From Propionibacterium freudenreichii subsp. freudenreichii (GTDB lineage Bacteria; Actinomycetota; Actinomycetes; Propionibacteriales; Propionibacteriaceae): 32,000 nt of DNA. The first letter of the stretch is position 1, and every line of letters starts with the position of its first letter. Shown piece by piece: positions 24,372-32,000 of the stretch. Location of the stretch: NCBI RefSeq assembly GCF_000940845.1, contig NZ_CP010341.1, forward strand, positions 2,520,001-2,552,000, read 5' to 3'. The notes beneath the pieces were generated by a model. The model was not told the origin of the DNA and searched no databases. It was given only the letters and a program-made list of their open reading frames with translations. A program made the translations under genes and the position numbers.

Positions 24372-26381
24372 ATGATGTCTGCTCTCAAACGCCCGGGGCC
24401 GCGACTTGCCGCCGCCGGGATCCTCATCGCGGCCGCCCTGGTGATGGGCCGCCTCGGCACCGATTGGGCACTGCCCGGCAACATCGCCATGGCTGCCGCC
24501 GCCATCATCTCGACCATCCCGATCGCGGCGGCCGCCCTGCGGGCGCTGCGCTCCAGGACGATCGGGATCGACCTGCTGGTCACCATCGCCTCGATCGGGG
24601 CCCTGGCGATCGGCAACTACTGGGAGGCGGCCGCCGTCACCTTTCTCTTCGCATTCGGCCACGTCCTGGAGCAGGGGGCCATGACGCGCACCCGATCGGC
24701 CCTCACCGATCTGGTGCGCTCGGCCCCCCAGGACGCCGTCCTGGTGCGCGACGGACGCACCGAGACCGTGCCCACCCGCACGCTGAGGCCCGACGACGTC
24801 GTACTGGTCGCCGCCGGCAGCTCCGTCTCGGTCGACGGGACGGTGATCTCGGGATCCGGTGCCGCCGACGAGTCGGCGGTGACCGGGGAATCCATGCCCG
24901 CCGAGAAGACGCCGGGCGACCAGGTGCGATCCGGCACCACGCTCACCTCGGGGATGGTGCAGGTGCGCGCCGAGAAGGTGGGCTCCCAGACCCTGCTGGC
25001 CCGCATCGTGGCCAGGGTCGAGGAGGCCCAGGACGCCCGCGGACGGGTGCAGACGATGATGGATAGGTTCGGACGCTGGTACACCCCGGCCATCATCGTG
25101 CTTGCGATCGTCGTCGGGCTCATCAGCGGCAGCCTCACGCTGGCCCTCACCCTGCTGGTCATCGGCTGCCCTGGCGCCCTCGTGATCTCGGTGCCGGTGG
25201 CCGTGGTCGCCGGTATCGGACGCGGGGCCCGCGACGGCATCCTCATCCGCGGCGGGGAGCATCTGGAGACCGCGGCGAAGGTCGACACCGTCGTCTTCGA
25301 CAAGACCGGGACGCTGACCACCGGGCATCCCGAACTCACCGACGTCGTGGCGTACGGGGCCGCAGGCGAGGAGGAGGTGCTCCGGTGGGCGGCGCTGGCC
25401 GAGATCGGCTCCGGGCACCCGCTGGCCGGCCCGATCCTCGACGCCGCCCGGAGCCACGGCGTCGCCCCCGGGGAAGTTCCCGGCGAGGCCGACGCGATCC
25501 CGGGACGCGGCCTGATCGCCGACGTGCTGGACGCCGAGCACCCGCAGACCCGCCATCGGGTGGTCGTGGGCACAGTGGAACTGGCCGGCCAGGAACTGGG
25601 CTACGACAAGGAGTCCGACACCGCATGGGCGGCCCGGACGTCCGCCCGGCTGGCCGGCGGCGGGGCCACGCCGGTCACCGTCGTCCGCGACGGCGTCCTG
25701 CTCGGCGTGCTCGCGATCGCCGACACGATCCGGGCCGACGCCCCCGCCGCACTGGCCCGGCTGCGCCGGACCGGCGTCACCCGTCTGGTGATGCTGAGCG
25801 GCGACCGCCAGGAGGTCGCAAGCGCGGTGGCCGATCAGCTCGGCATCGACGACGCCCGTGGCGGCCTGCTGCCCGAGGACAAACTGGCTGCAGTCCAGGA
25901 GCTGCGCGCCGGCGGAGCGGTCGTGGCCATGGTGGGAGACGGCATCAACGACGCCCCGGCCCTGGCGGCCGCCGACGTCGGGGTGGCGATGGGGGCGGCC
26001 GGCAGCGCTCTGGCGGTGGAGACCTCCGATATCGCGCTGATGGCCGACGACCTCACCCGGCTGCCGGAGTCCCTGAGGCTGGCCCGCCGCACCCGCGCGG
26101 TGATCCGCCAGAACATCGTCATCGCCGTCGCGACGGTGACCCTGCTGCTGGCCGGGGTGCTGCTCGGCGGGGTGACGATGGCGCTGGGGATGCTCGTCCA
26201 CGAGGCGTCTGTGCTCGTGGTCATCGTCAATGCCCTGAGACTGCTGGGACGCCGAGCCCGCACCCGCGAGGAGTCCCGCCAGGACCAGGCCGGCAAGCAG
26301 GATCAGCCGTGGCAGACTTCAGAGCATGGCGGATCGAGATCGGGACGCCCAGGGGCGTCCCCGCAACAGCAGGCCGCGTGA
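24372..26381 (+). CDS. heavy-metal-translocating P1B-type ATPase (no N-terminal metal-binding domain; CPG transmembrane motif)
   Basis: DKTGTLT, GDGINDAPAL, TGES and MLSGD motifs. The TM motif is IGCPGALVISVP and the terminal TM has HEASVLVVIVNALRL. GAAGGAG lies upstream of the ATGATG start. Confidence 0.88.
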   Translation: MMSALKRPGPRLAAAGILIAAALVMGRLGTDWALPGNIAMAAAAIISTIPIAAAALRALRSRTIGIDLLVTIASIGALAIGNYWEAAAVTFLFAFGHVLEQGAMTRTRSALTDLVRSAPQDAVLVRDGRTETVPTRTLRPDDVVLVAAGSSVSVDGTVISGSGAADESAVTGESMPAEKTPGDQVRSGTTLTSGMVQVRAEKVGSQTLLARIVARVEEAQDARGRVQTMMDRFGRWYTPAIIVLAIVVGLISGSLTLALTLLVIGCPGALVISVPVAVVAGIGRGARDGILIRGGEHLETAAKVDTVVFDKTGTLTTGHPELTDVVAYGAAGEEEVLRWAALAEIGSGHPLAGPILDAARSHGVAPGEVPGEADAIPGRGLIADVLDAEHPQTRHRVVVGTVELAGQELGYDKESDTAWAARTSARLAGGGATPVTVVRDGVLLGVLAIADTIRADAPAALARLRRTGVTRLVMLSGDRQEVASAVADQLGIDDARGGLLPEDKLAAVQELRAGGAVVAMVGDGINDAPALAAADVGVAMGAAGSALAVETSDIALMADDLTRLPESLRLARRTRAVIRQNIVIAVATVTLLLAGVLLGGVTMALGMLVHEASVLVVIVNALRLLGRRARTREESRQDQAGKQDQPWQTSEHGGSRSGRPGASPQQQAA

Positions 26382-26814
26382 CGGCCTCGGCCGGCCCCTG
26401 CCCCGTGGCCAGGAGGGTGTCCCGGTGACTCCGGACGATCTGGAGCTGCCGGGCCCCGAGACCCTGGAGATGGCCCAGGAGCTGCTCGACCGGGGCCGGC
26501 CCTTCCACGCCCACGAGGTACTCGAGGCCAGGTGGAAGAACTGCCCCGAGGCGGAGCGGGACCTGTGGCACGGTCTGGCCCAGCTGGCCGTCGGCGTCAC
26601 CCACCAGATGCGCGGCAACACGACCGGCGCGATCCGGCTCATCGGGCGCGGGGCCATGTACCTGCGCCCCTACGCGACGGCGGCCGCACCGGCCCGCGTC
26701 GAGGAGGTGGACGTGGCGGGCATCCTGTCCTGGGCCGATGCCACCGTCACCGCACTCGAGGACGGCCACTGGATCGACACCGTGGTGACACTTCGTCAGA
26801 AGGCATCCTCATGA
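26326..26814 (+). CDS. DUF309 domain protein
   Basis: RDRDAQGRPRNSRPRDGLGRPLP N-terminus and FHAHEVLEARWK....LWHGLAQLAVGVTH..RGN..GA core typical of DUF309. Overlaps the ATPase 3' end by 56 nt. Confidence 0.7.
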   Translation: MADRDRDAQGRPRNSRPRDGLGRPLPRGQEGVPVTPDDLELPGPETLEMAQELLDRGRPFHAHEVLEARWKNCPEAERDLWHGLAQLAVGVTHQMRGNTTGAIRLIGRGAMYLRPYATAAAPARVEEVDVAGILSWADATVTALEDGHWIDTVVTLRQKASS

Positions 26815-26836
26815 GGCTGCATCAGAAGGGGTCGTC

Positions 26837-27211
26837 ATGACGACCTTCCACATCGCCAACATCCGCGACGACATCCGCGAGGGCAGTGCCGACTCCGGCT
26901 ACCGCGTCCTGGTGGACAGGATCTGGCCGCGCGGCGTCAGCAAGGAGCGGGCCGGCCTGGACGAGCACCGCAAGGAGGTCGCCCCGAGCAACGAGCTGCG
27001 CAAATGGTTCGGCCACGACCCGGTGCGTTTCGACGAGTTCACGGCCCGCTACCGGGCAGAACTGGACGCCTCCGGCGCCGCCGAGACCTTCGCCCGGGAC
27101 ATGGCCGGCCACCCGCTGGTGACACTGCTCTACGGCGCGAAGGATCACGAGCACAACCAGGCGGTCGTTCTGAAGCAGGTCCTGGAGGAGCTGGACGGGC
27201 ATACCGCCTGA
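26837..27211 (+). CDS. DUF488 (YeaO-like) family protein
   Basis: YRVLVDRIWPRGVSKE.AGLDEH.KEVAPS.ELRKWFGHDP.RF.EF..RY..EL....LLYGAKD.EHN.A.VL. Confidence 0.75.
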   Translation: MTTFHIANIRDDIREGSADSGYRVLVDRIWPRGVSKERAGLDEHRKEVAPSNELRKWFGHDPVRFDEFTARYRAELDASGAAETFARDMAGHPLVTLLYGAKDHEHNQAVVLKQVLEELDGHTA

Positions 27212-27244
27212 AGCCGCGGGCGACCCGCGTGATATTTTCAAGGA

Positions 27245-28417
27245 GTGCCTGATCAAAAATCGCGGGATCCCCGCGCCCGCGTTCAGGCCGCTCATCTCGA
27301 GGCGAAGGCCCGCCCCGGCGTCCTCAGCCGGCACCGGGCCTGGTTGATGGTCGGCGCGGGGTTCTCCCTGCTCGCTGGCCTCGACGGCGCTCTCATCCTA
27401 CTGGGGGTCTGGTCGCCGGTGCTCACCGCCCGGCTCTCGCAGTGGCACGGCCCCTTCATGACGCTGGGCTTCATCGGCACCGTCATCTGCCTGGAGCGGG
27501 CCGTCGCCCTGGACCGTACGTGGGGCTATCTGGCCCCGCTGGCCTCGGGCATCGGGTCGATTCTGCTGGCCTCCCCCGCACCGGTGCAGATCGGGCTGGC
27601 ACTGCTGCTGCACGGCCAGATCGGCATGCTCGCCATCTACATCCCCTTGTGGCGGCGCAGCGAGGACGACGCCACCGTCATCCAGGCCGCCGGATCGGCA
27701 TGCGCGGTCGGCGCCGCCGGGCTGCTGCTCGCCGGGGTCGAGGTGAGGTCGGTGATCGGATGGCTGTCGTGCTATCTGGTGCTGACCATCCTCGGGGAGC
27801 GCCTCGAGCTGTCTCGGCTGACGATGACTCGGAACCGCTTCCTGCCCGCCGCCGCACTGTGCCTGCTGGCCGCCCTGGTGATCCAGACCGCCTCGCCGAA
27901 GGTCGGCTGGCCGCTGCTCGGCGTCGTGCTGGTGGTGATGTCGGTGTGGCTCATCGACAAGGACGTCGCCCGGGTCGGCATGCGGCGCGGCGGGCAGGCC
28001 GCCTACATCGGCGGGATGCTGATGGCCGGCTATGTGTGGCTGGCGATCGCCGGCGTCGTGTGGATCTTCTCCGGGCCGCTGGGCACCGGTACGGGATATG
28101 ACGCCGCCGTCCACGCCGTCTTCCTGGGATTCGTGATGGGCATGATCCTGGGGCATGCGCCGATCATTCTTCCCGCCGTGCTGCGGATCCGCCTCGACTG
28201 GTCGAACTGGTTCTGGGTGCCGGCGGTGCTGCTGGAGGCCTCGCTCGTGGTCCGGTTGGGGATCGGCGACGGGCTGGGCCTGCCCCTGGCCGTCCAGATC
28301 GGTGGGACGATCAATGTGATCGCCCTGCTGAGCCTGATCGCCGTCGTCGTCACCCATGCCCATTCACGAGATGGTGCTCATTCAGCCCATCCACACGACA
28401 GGAGGTCCCGTGCCTGA
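27245..28417 (+). CDS. 12-TM integral membrane protein, possibly NnrS-like (start uncertain)
   Basis: About twelve hydrophobic segments. His-containing motifs WHGPFMTLGFIGT and VHAVFLGFVMGMILGHAP are reminiscent of NnrS-type proteins that accompany nirK. The GTG at 27245 abuts its putative SD, so the true start may be downstream. Confidence 0.5.
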   Translation: MPDQKSRDPRARVQAAHLEAKARPGVLSRHRAWLMVGAGFSLLAGLDGALILLGVWSPVLTARLSQWHGPFMTLGFIGTVICLERAVALDRTWGYLAPLASGIGSILLASPAPVQIGLALLLHGQIGMLAIYIPLWRRSEDDATVIQAAGSACAVGAAGLLLAGVEVRSVIGWLSCYLVLTILGERLELSRLTMTRNRFLPAAALCLLAALVIQTASPKVGWPLLGVVLVVMSVWLIDKDVARVGMRRGGQAAYIGGMLMAGYVWLAIAGVVWIFSGPLGTGTGYDAAVHAVFLGFVMGMILGHAPIILPAVLRIRLDWSNWFWVPAVLLEASLVVRLGIGDGLGLPLAVQIGGTINVIALLSLIAVVVTHAHSRDGAHSAHPHDRRSRA

Positions 28418-31163
28418 GATCACCTCGCGCCCGCAAGAGGATCCAGGGAGACCCGCCCCGAAGGGCTCCGACCGGACCCGCCGCAGCGCCTGGCACCGCA
28501 AGGCCTCCGCCCCGGTGTCGGTGTGGCTGGTGGCCCTGCTCGCCGTGGTGATCGGCGGGCACTGGATCCCCCAGCAGCGGTGGCTGCTGGTGCACATGGT
28601 GACCCTCGGCGTGGCGACCACCTCGATCCTGGTGTGGGGGCAGTACTTCACCGAGTCGATCCTCCACGAGAAGCTCGCGGAGCCGGACCGCAAGCGCCAG
28701 GTGTGGCGGATCCGCATCCTCAACCTCGGCGTGCTGGCCTGCTGCGTCGGCATGGTGCCGAGCTGGCCGTGGGTGGTGGTGGCCGGCGCCACCGTCGTCG
28801 GTCTGGCGATGTGCTGGTACGCCCTCGACCTGGGCCTGCAGGTGCGCCGCGCCCTGCCGGGACGATTCGACGCCACCGTGCGGTTCTACAGCGCCGCGGC
28901 CTGCCTGCTGCCACTGGGCGCGATCGCCGGGGCGGTGATGGCCTTCTCTCCCGAGGAGCCCTGGCGCACCCGACTGCTGATGGCCCACCAGGGGCTCAAC
29001 ATCATGGGATTCGTGGGGCTGACGGCGGTCGGCACCCTGGTGACCCTGTGGCCCACGGTGCTGCGCACGAAGATGCAGCCCACTCAGGACCGCAACGGGA
29101 GGCGGGCTCTGTGGATCATGTGCGCCGCCGTTCTCGTGATGACGGTCGGATCGCTGGCCGGATGGTGGTGGCTCGAGGCCGCCGGGGTGCTCGCCGAACT
29201 GGCCGGGCTGTGCGTCGTCGGGGTCGACCTGGTGCGCTGCGCCATGAAGAAGCCCCCGCGGGACTTCCCCGGATACTCGATGGGTGCGGCGGTCATCTGG
29301 TTCGCCATCTGGCTGGGATGGCTGGCCGCCACCATCCTCATCAAGCGCGACCACCTGCTCCAGGAGGACATCACCGCCCTCACCGTGCCAGTGGTCGTCG
29401 GCTTCCTGCTGCAGTTGCTGCTGGGGGCCATGAGCTACCTCATGCCGATGGTGATGGGCGGCGGGCCGGCGATCGTGCGCGCCACCAACGCGAGGATGCA
29501 CACCCTGGGGGCGCTGCGGGGCACCGCCACCAACGCCGGACTGGTGATCTGGGCGCTGGCCGCCGGGACGTGGACCTCCCGGATCGGACTGGGACTGGCC
29601 ATTCTCGGGATGGCGGGATTCCTGCCGGCGATGGTCGCCATGGTGAAGACCGGGGTCGGGATGCTGCGGGCGAAACGGGCCGCGGCCGAGCAGAAGGCCC
29701 CGGTGCCGGCGGCCGACCGCGCGGATCACTCGCCCGAGGGCCGTTCTGGGGCTCCGGAGCCCGGGAAGGCCGCTCCAGCTAGCAAAATGCGCACTCCCAC
29801 CAACCATCCGGCCCCGGCTCCCACCGCCCCGACCTCCCGGCGCTCCTTCGCCGAGGCGGCGATCGGCCTGGGCGCCGCCCTGGGAGCGGTGGCCGTGGGC
29901 TGGCGCCTTGACGGGGACACCTCCGGCTCCGGGTCTTCCGGCCATGTCACCGCGACCGGCCGCACCACCACCGTCAAGATCTCGATGAAGGACATGCACT
30001 ACCACCCGTCGGCGGTCGAGGTGCCCGCCGGGAACCGCCTGGTGGTCCAGCTCCACAATGCCGATCCGGAGCAGACCCACGACCTCTACTTCCCCTCCGG
30101 TGCGGCCTCGAGGCGGCTGGCCCCCGGGCAGAGCCAGACCGTGGACGCCGGAGTCATCAGCGCCCCCACCCAGGGGTGGTGCACCATCGTGGGCCACCGC
30201 TCGATGGGCATGGAGCTCGAGGTGACGGTCGGCGGCGCCTCCGCCTCCCAGGGCGGATCCTCGGCGGCAACGTCCACCCGCCGGAAGATCGACCTCACCA
30301 AGGCGCCCGGTGCGGGTTTCCGCACCCGTGACGCCAGGCTCCCGGCCCTGCTGGCCGGGCGTGATCACACAATGACCCTCACGGTCACCGAGTCCACCCA
30401 GGAGGTGGCCCCTGGCGCCACGATCCGCGCCATGACCTACAACGGGCGGGTGATGGGACCGGCGATCCACGCCCGGATCGGCGACACCATGGACGTCCAC
30501 CTGGTCAACCGCGGCTCGATGGGCCACTCGATCGACTTCCACGCCGGGACCGTCTCCCCCAATGCCGTGATGCGCACCATCTCGCCGGGAGCGTCCCTGG
30601 ACTACCGCTTCACTCTGCACCGGTCGGGCGTCTGGCTGTACCACTGCTCGACGATGCCGATGAGCTCGCACATCGCCGCTGGCATGTACGGGGCGGTCGT
30701 CGTGCCTCCCCACGACCTGGCCCGCGCCGACCGCGAGTACCTGCTGGTGCAGTCGGAGACCTACCTCGATTCAGCCAACGGCAAGGAGGTCGACGCCGAC
30801 AAGATCGCGGCCGAGACCCCCGATCTCACGATGTTCAACGGCCACGCCAACCAGTACGTCTTCGCCCCACTGACCGCGAAGGTCGGGGAGCGGGTGAGGA
30901 TCTGGGTTCTGGCCGCAGGCCCGAGTCGTGGTATCTCATTCCATGTGGTGGGTACCCAGTTCGACACGGTCTTCAAGGAGGGCGCCTACCTGCTGCGCCC
31001 CGACAACGCCGAGGGCGGCGGGGCCCAGGCCCTGGATCTGGCCAGCGCCCAGGGAGGATTCGTGGAGATGGTCTTCGAGGAACCGGGCCGCTACACCTTC
31101 GTCAACCACTCCTTCGTCGAGATGGAGCGCGGGGCGAGGGGACTCATCGAGGTGATCTCATGA
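28410..31163 (+). CDS. nirK: membrane-fused copper-containing nitrite reductase: 12-TM domain + Tat-like/TM segment + cupredoxin domain + two-domain NirK core
   Basis: NirK ligand motifs HSIDFHAG, WLYHCSTMPMSSHIAAGMYG, FHVVGTQFD and TFVNHSFVEMERGARG. Extra cupredoxin with THDL...GWCTIVGHRSMGM. N-terminal ~470 aa polytopic. GGAGG 4 nt before GTG 28410 (ORF-track start is 28356). Confidence 0.85.
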   Translation: MPEITSRPQEDPGRPAPKGSDRTRRSAWHRKASAPVSVWLVALLAVVIGGHWIPQQRWLLVHMVTLGVATTSILVWGQYFTESILHEKLAEPDRKRQVWRIRILNLGVLACCVGMVPSWPWVVVAGATVVGLAMCWYALDLGLQVRRALPGRFDATVRFYSAAACLLPLGAIAGAVMAFSPEEPWRTRLLMAHQGLNIMGFVGLTAVGTLVTLWPTVLRTKMQPTQDRNGRRALWIMCAAVLVMTVGSLAGWWWLEAAGVLAELAGLCVVGVDLVRCAMKKPPRDFPGYSMGAAVIWFAIWLGWLAATILIKRDHLLQEDITALTVPVVVGFLLQLLLGAMSYLMPMVMGGGPAIVRATNARMHTLGALRGTATNAGLVIWALAAGTWTSRIGLGLAILGMAGFLPAMVAMVKTGVGMLRAKRAAAEQKAPVPAADRADHSPEGRSGAPEPGKAAPASKMRTPTNHPAPAPTAPTSRRSFAEAAIGLGAALGAVAVGWRLDGDTSGSGSSGHVTATGRTTTVKISMKDMHYHPSAVEVPAGNRLVVQLHNADPEQTHDLYFPSGAASRRLAPGQSQTVDAGVISAPTQGWCTIVGHRSMGMELEVTVGGASASQGGSSAATSTRRKIDLTKAPGAGFRTRDARLPALLAGRDHTMTLTVTESTQEVAPGATIRAMTYNGRVMGPAIHARIGDTMDVHLVNRGSMGHSIDFHAGTVSPNAVMRTISPGASLDYRFTLHRSGVWLYHCSTMPMSSHIAAGMYGAVVVPPHDLARADREYLLVQSETYLDSANGKEVDADKIAAETPDLTMFNGHANQYVFAPLTAKVGERVRIWVLAAGPSRGISFHVVGTQFDTVFKEGAYLLRPDNAEGGGAQALDLASAQGGFVEMVFEEPGRYTFVNHSFVEMERGARGLIEVIS

Positions 31164-31789
31164 CCGAGAATCAGCACACACTCACCGATCCCGGGGCCGA
31201 TTCTCCGGCCGACCGGGTCGTCGAGGCCCTCAGGCGCCGTGGCGGCACGGCCTCGGCCGCCGAGGTGGGCGCCGATCTGGGCATCCACGTCTCGACGGCG
31301 CGCTTCCACCTGGACCATCTGGTCGAGGACGGACGCGCCCGGTCGGGTCGCGAGAAGCGCGCCACCCGCGGGCGCCCGCGCACCATGTTCACCCTGACCC
31401 CCGACCCGAAGGAGGGGCCGAGGGCCTACCAGATGCTCGCCGGGGTGCTCGTCGACCACCTGTCGCGGCAGGACGACGCCGTCGCCCTGGCCCACCAGGC
31501 CGGGGTGGAGTGGGGACGTCGGTACGCAGGTGTCGACGTCACCGAGATCCTTGAACAGATCGGCTTCGCCCCTTGCACGACCCTGGTGGACGACGACCAG
31601 GATGAGGGCCCGGACGGCGAGGCACGGATCGCACTGCGCCACTGCCCCTTCATCGACGTCGTCCAGGAGCATGCGGCCCTGCTCTGTCCGCTGCACCGCG
31701 GCGTCGTCGAGGGGGTCGTGGGCCATCCGGTGACTCTGGAGGCCCACCCCGGCGCAACCTGCTACGTCGATCTGGAGCAGGCCGGCTGA
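31160..31789 (+). CDS. winged-helix (ArsR-like) transcriptional regulator with C-terminal Cys/His-bearing domain
   Basis: N-terminal wHTH (VVEALRRRGGTASAAEVGADLGIHVSTARFHLDHLVEDG). C-terminal LRHCPF......LLCPLHRGVVEG. ATGA overlap with the nirK stop. Confidence 0.6.
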   Translation: MTENQHTLTDPGADSPADRVVEALRRRGGTASAAEVGADLGIHVSTARFHLDHLVEDGRARSGREKRATRGRPRTMFTLTPDPKEGPRAYQMLAGVLVDHLSRQDDAVALAHQAGVEWGRRYAGVDVTEILEQIGFAPCTTLVDDDQDEGPDGEARIALRHCPFIDVVQEHAALLCPLHRGVVEGVVGHPVTLEAHPGATCYVDLEQAG

Positions 31790-32000
31790 TCCGCGGGAAA
31801 GCACCATACCCGCGCCTCGTGAGCGCGAGGTACCGCCTCTGAGAACCGCGATGTTTGCGCAATCTCTCACACGGTCATATGCTCCTGGTCATGACTGACG
31901 CACGTATCTCGCTGGGCAGCTCTGCTTCTGCTCTGCGAATGTGTTGTCCCTGCAGCCTGTGATCCTGCGCCTGTGACGGTGCATCACCGGTAAGTCAATT

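Noticed and set aside
24219-26201. 660-aa minus-strand ORF antisense to the P1B ATPase (with the out-of-frame + strand ORF 25385..26428)
   Set aside because: Shadow ORFs. The ATPase frame carries DKTGTLT, GDGINDAPAL and TGES, and these alternative frames are Arg/Gly/Pro/His junk.
28350-30713. 787-aa minus-strand ORF antisense to the NirK fusion (with the out-of-frame + strand ORF 28523..29782)
   Set aside because: Low-complexity Gly/Arg/His/Pro translation. The + strand frame 28410..31163 has complete NirK and cupredoxin ligand motifs.
31960-31962. Selenocysteine recoding of the TGA in the Cys-rich mini-ORF
   Set aside because: No SECIS-like hairpin is evident in the ~38 nt remaining before the window edge, and the ORF itself is unsupported. 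It is kept only as a low-confidence note.

Overview
High-GC (roughly 65-70% by eye) actinobacterial chromosomal segment. The gene content, including an SLH-anchored internalin-like surface protein, B12 regulation and the DUF5318-ponA-GT87 synteny, suggests Propionibacteriaceae or a close relative; this taxon call is inference. Layout, left to right: (1) housekeeping genes: pyrophosphatase-like, hemQ/chdC, rhodanese-like and isochorismatase-like. (2) A cobalamin riboswitch leads into a very large secreted gene, about 1457 aa if repaired. It encodes four internalin-type LRR modules, a transcobalamin-like (DUF4430-type) domain, a Pro/Thr linker and three SLH domains. The gene is split by a frameshift at a (TG)4 tract. 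(3) MFS transporter, tag and rtcB, then on the minus strand a GH13 hydrolase followed by a translationally coupled cell-envelope operon (DUF5318-ponA-GT87-like-PIG-V-like). (4) tRNA-Ala(UGC) abuts a decayed integrative element: a large serine recombinase truncated by a single-ORF IS66-family IS with no target duplication, plus an IS3 fragment. (5) dps and a divergent Crp/Fnr regulator, then a plus-strand copper/nitrite cluster: HMA chaperone, MBD-less P1B ATPase with a CPG motif, DUF309, DUF488, a 12-TM protein, a 12-TM + Tat-like segment + cupredoxin + NirK fusion, and a Cys/His-bearing HTH regulator. A family of ~48-bp palindromic elements (core GTGCGGC-GTCATT-GCCGCAC) occurs four times in two intergenic loci. 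The candidates I rate most interesting are the riboswitch-controlled surface protein as a possible B12-capture system and the membrane-fused NirK with its copper-supply genes. Many long ORFs in the six-frame track are GC-driven shadow ORFs and are rejected. All family assignments come from motif recognition by eye, with no database search.
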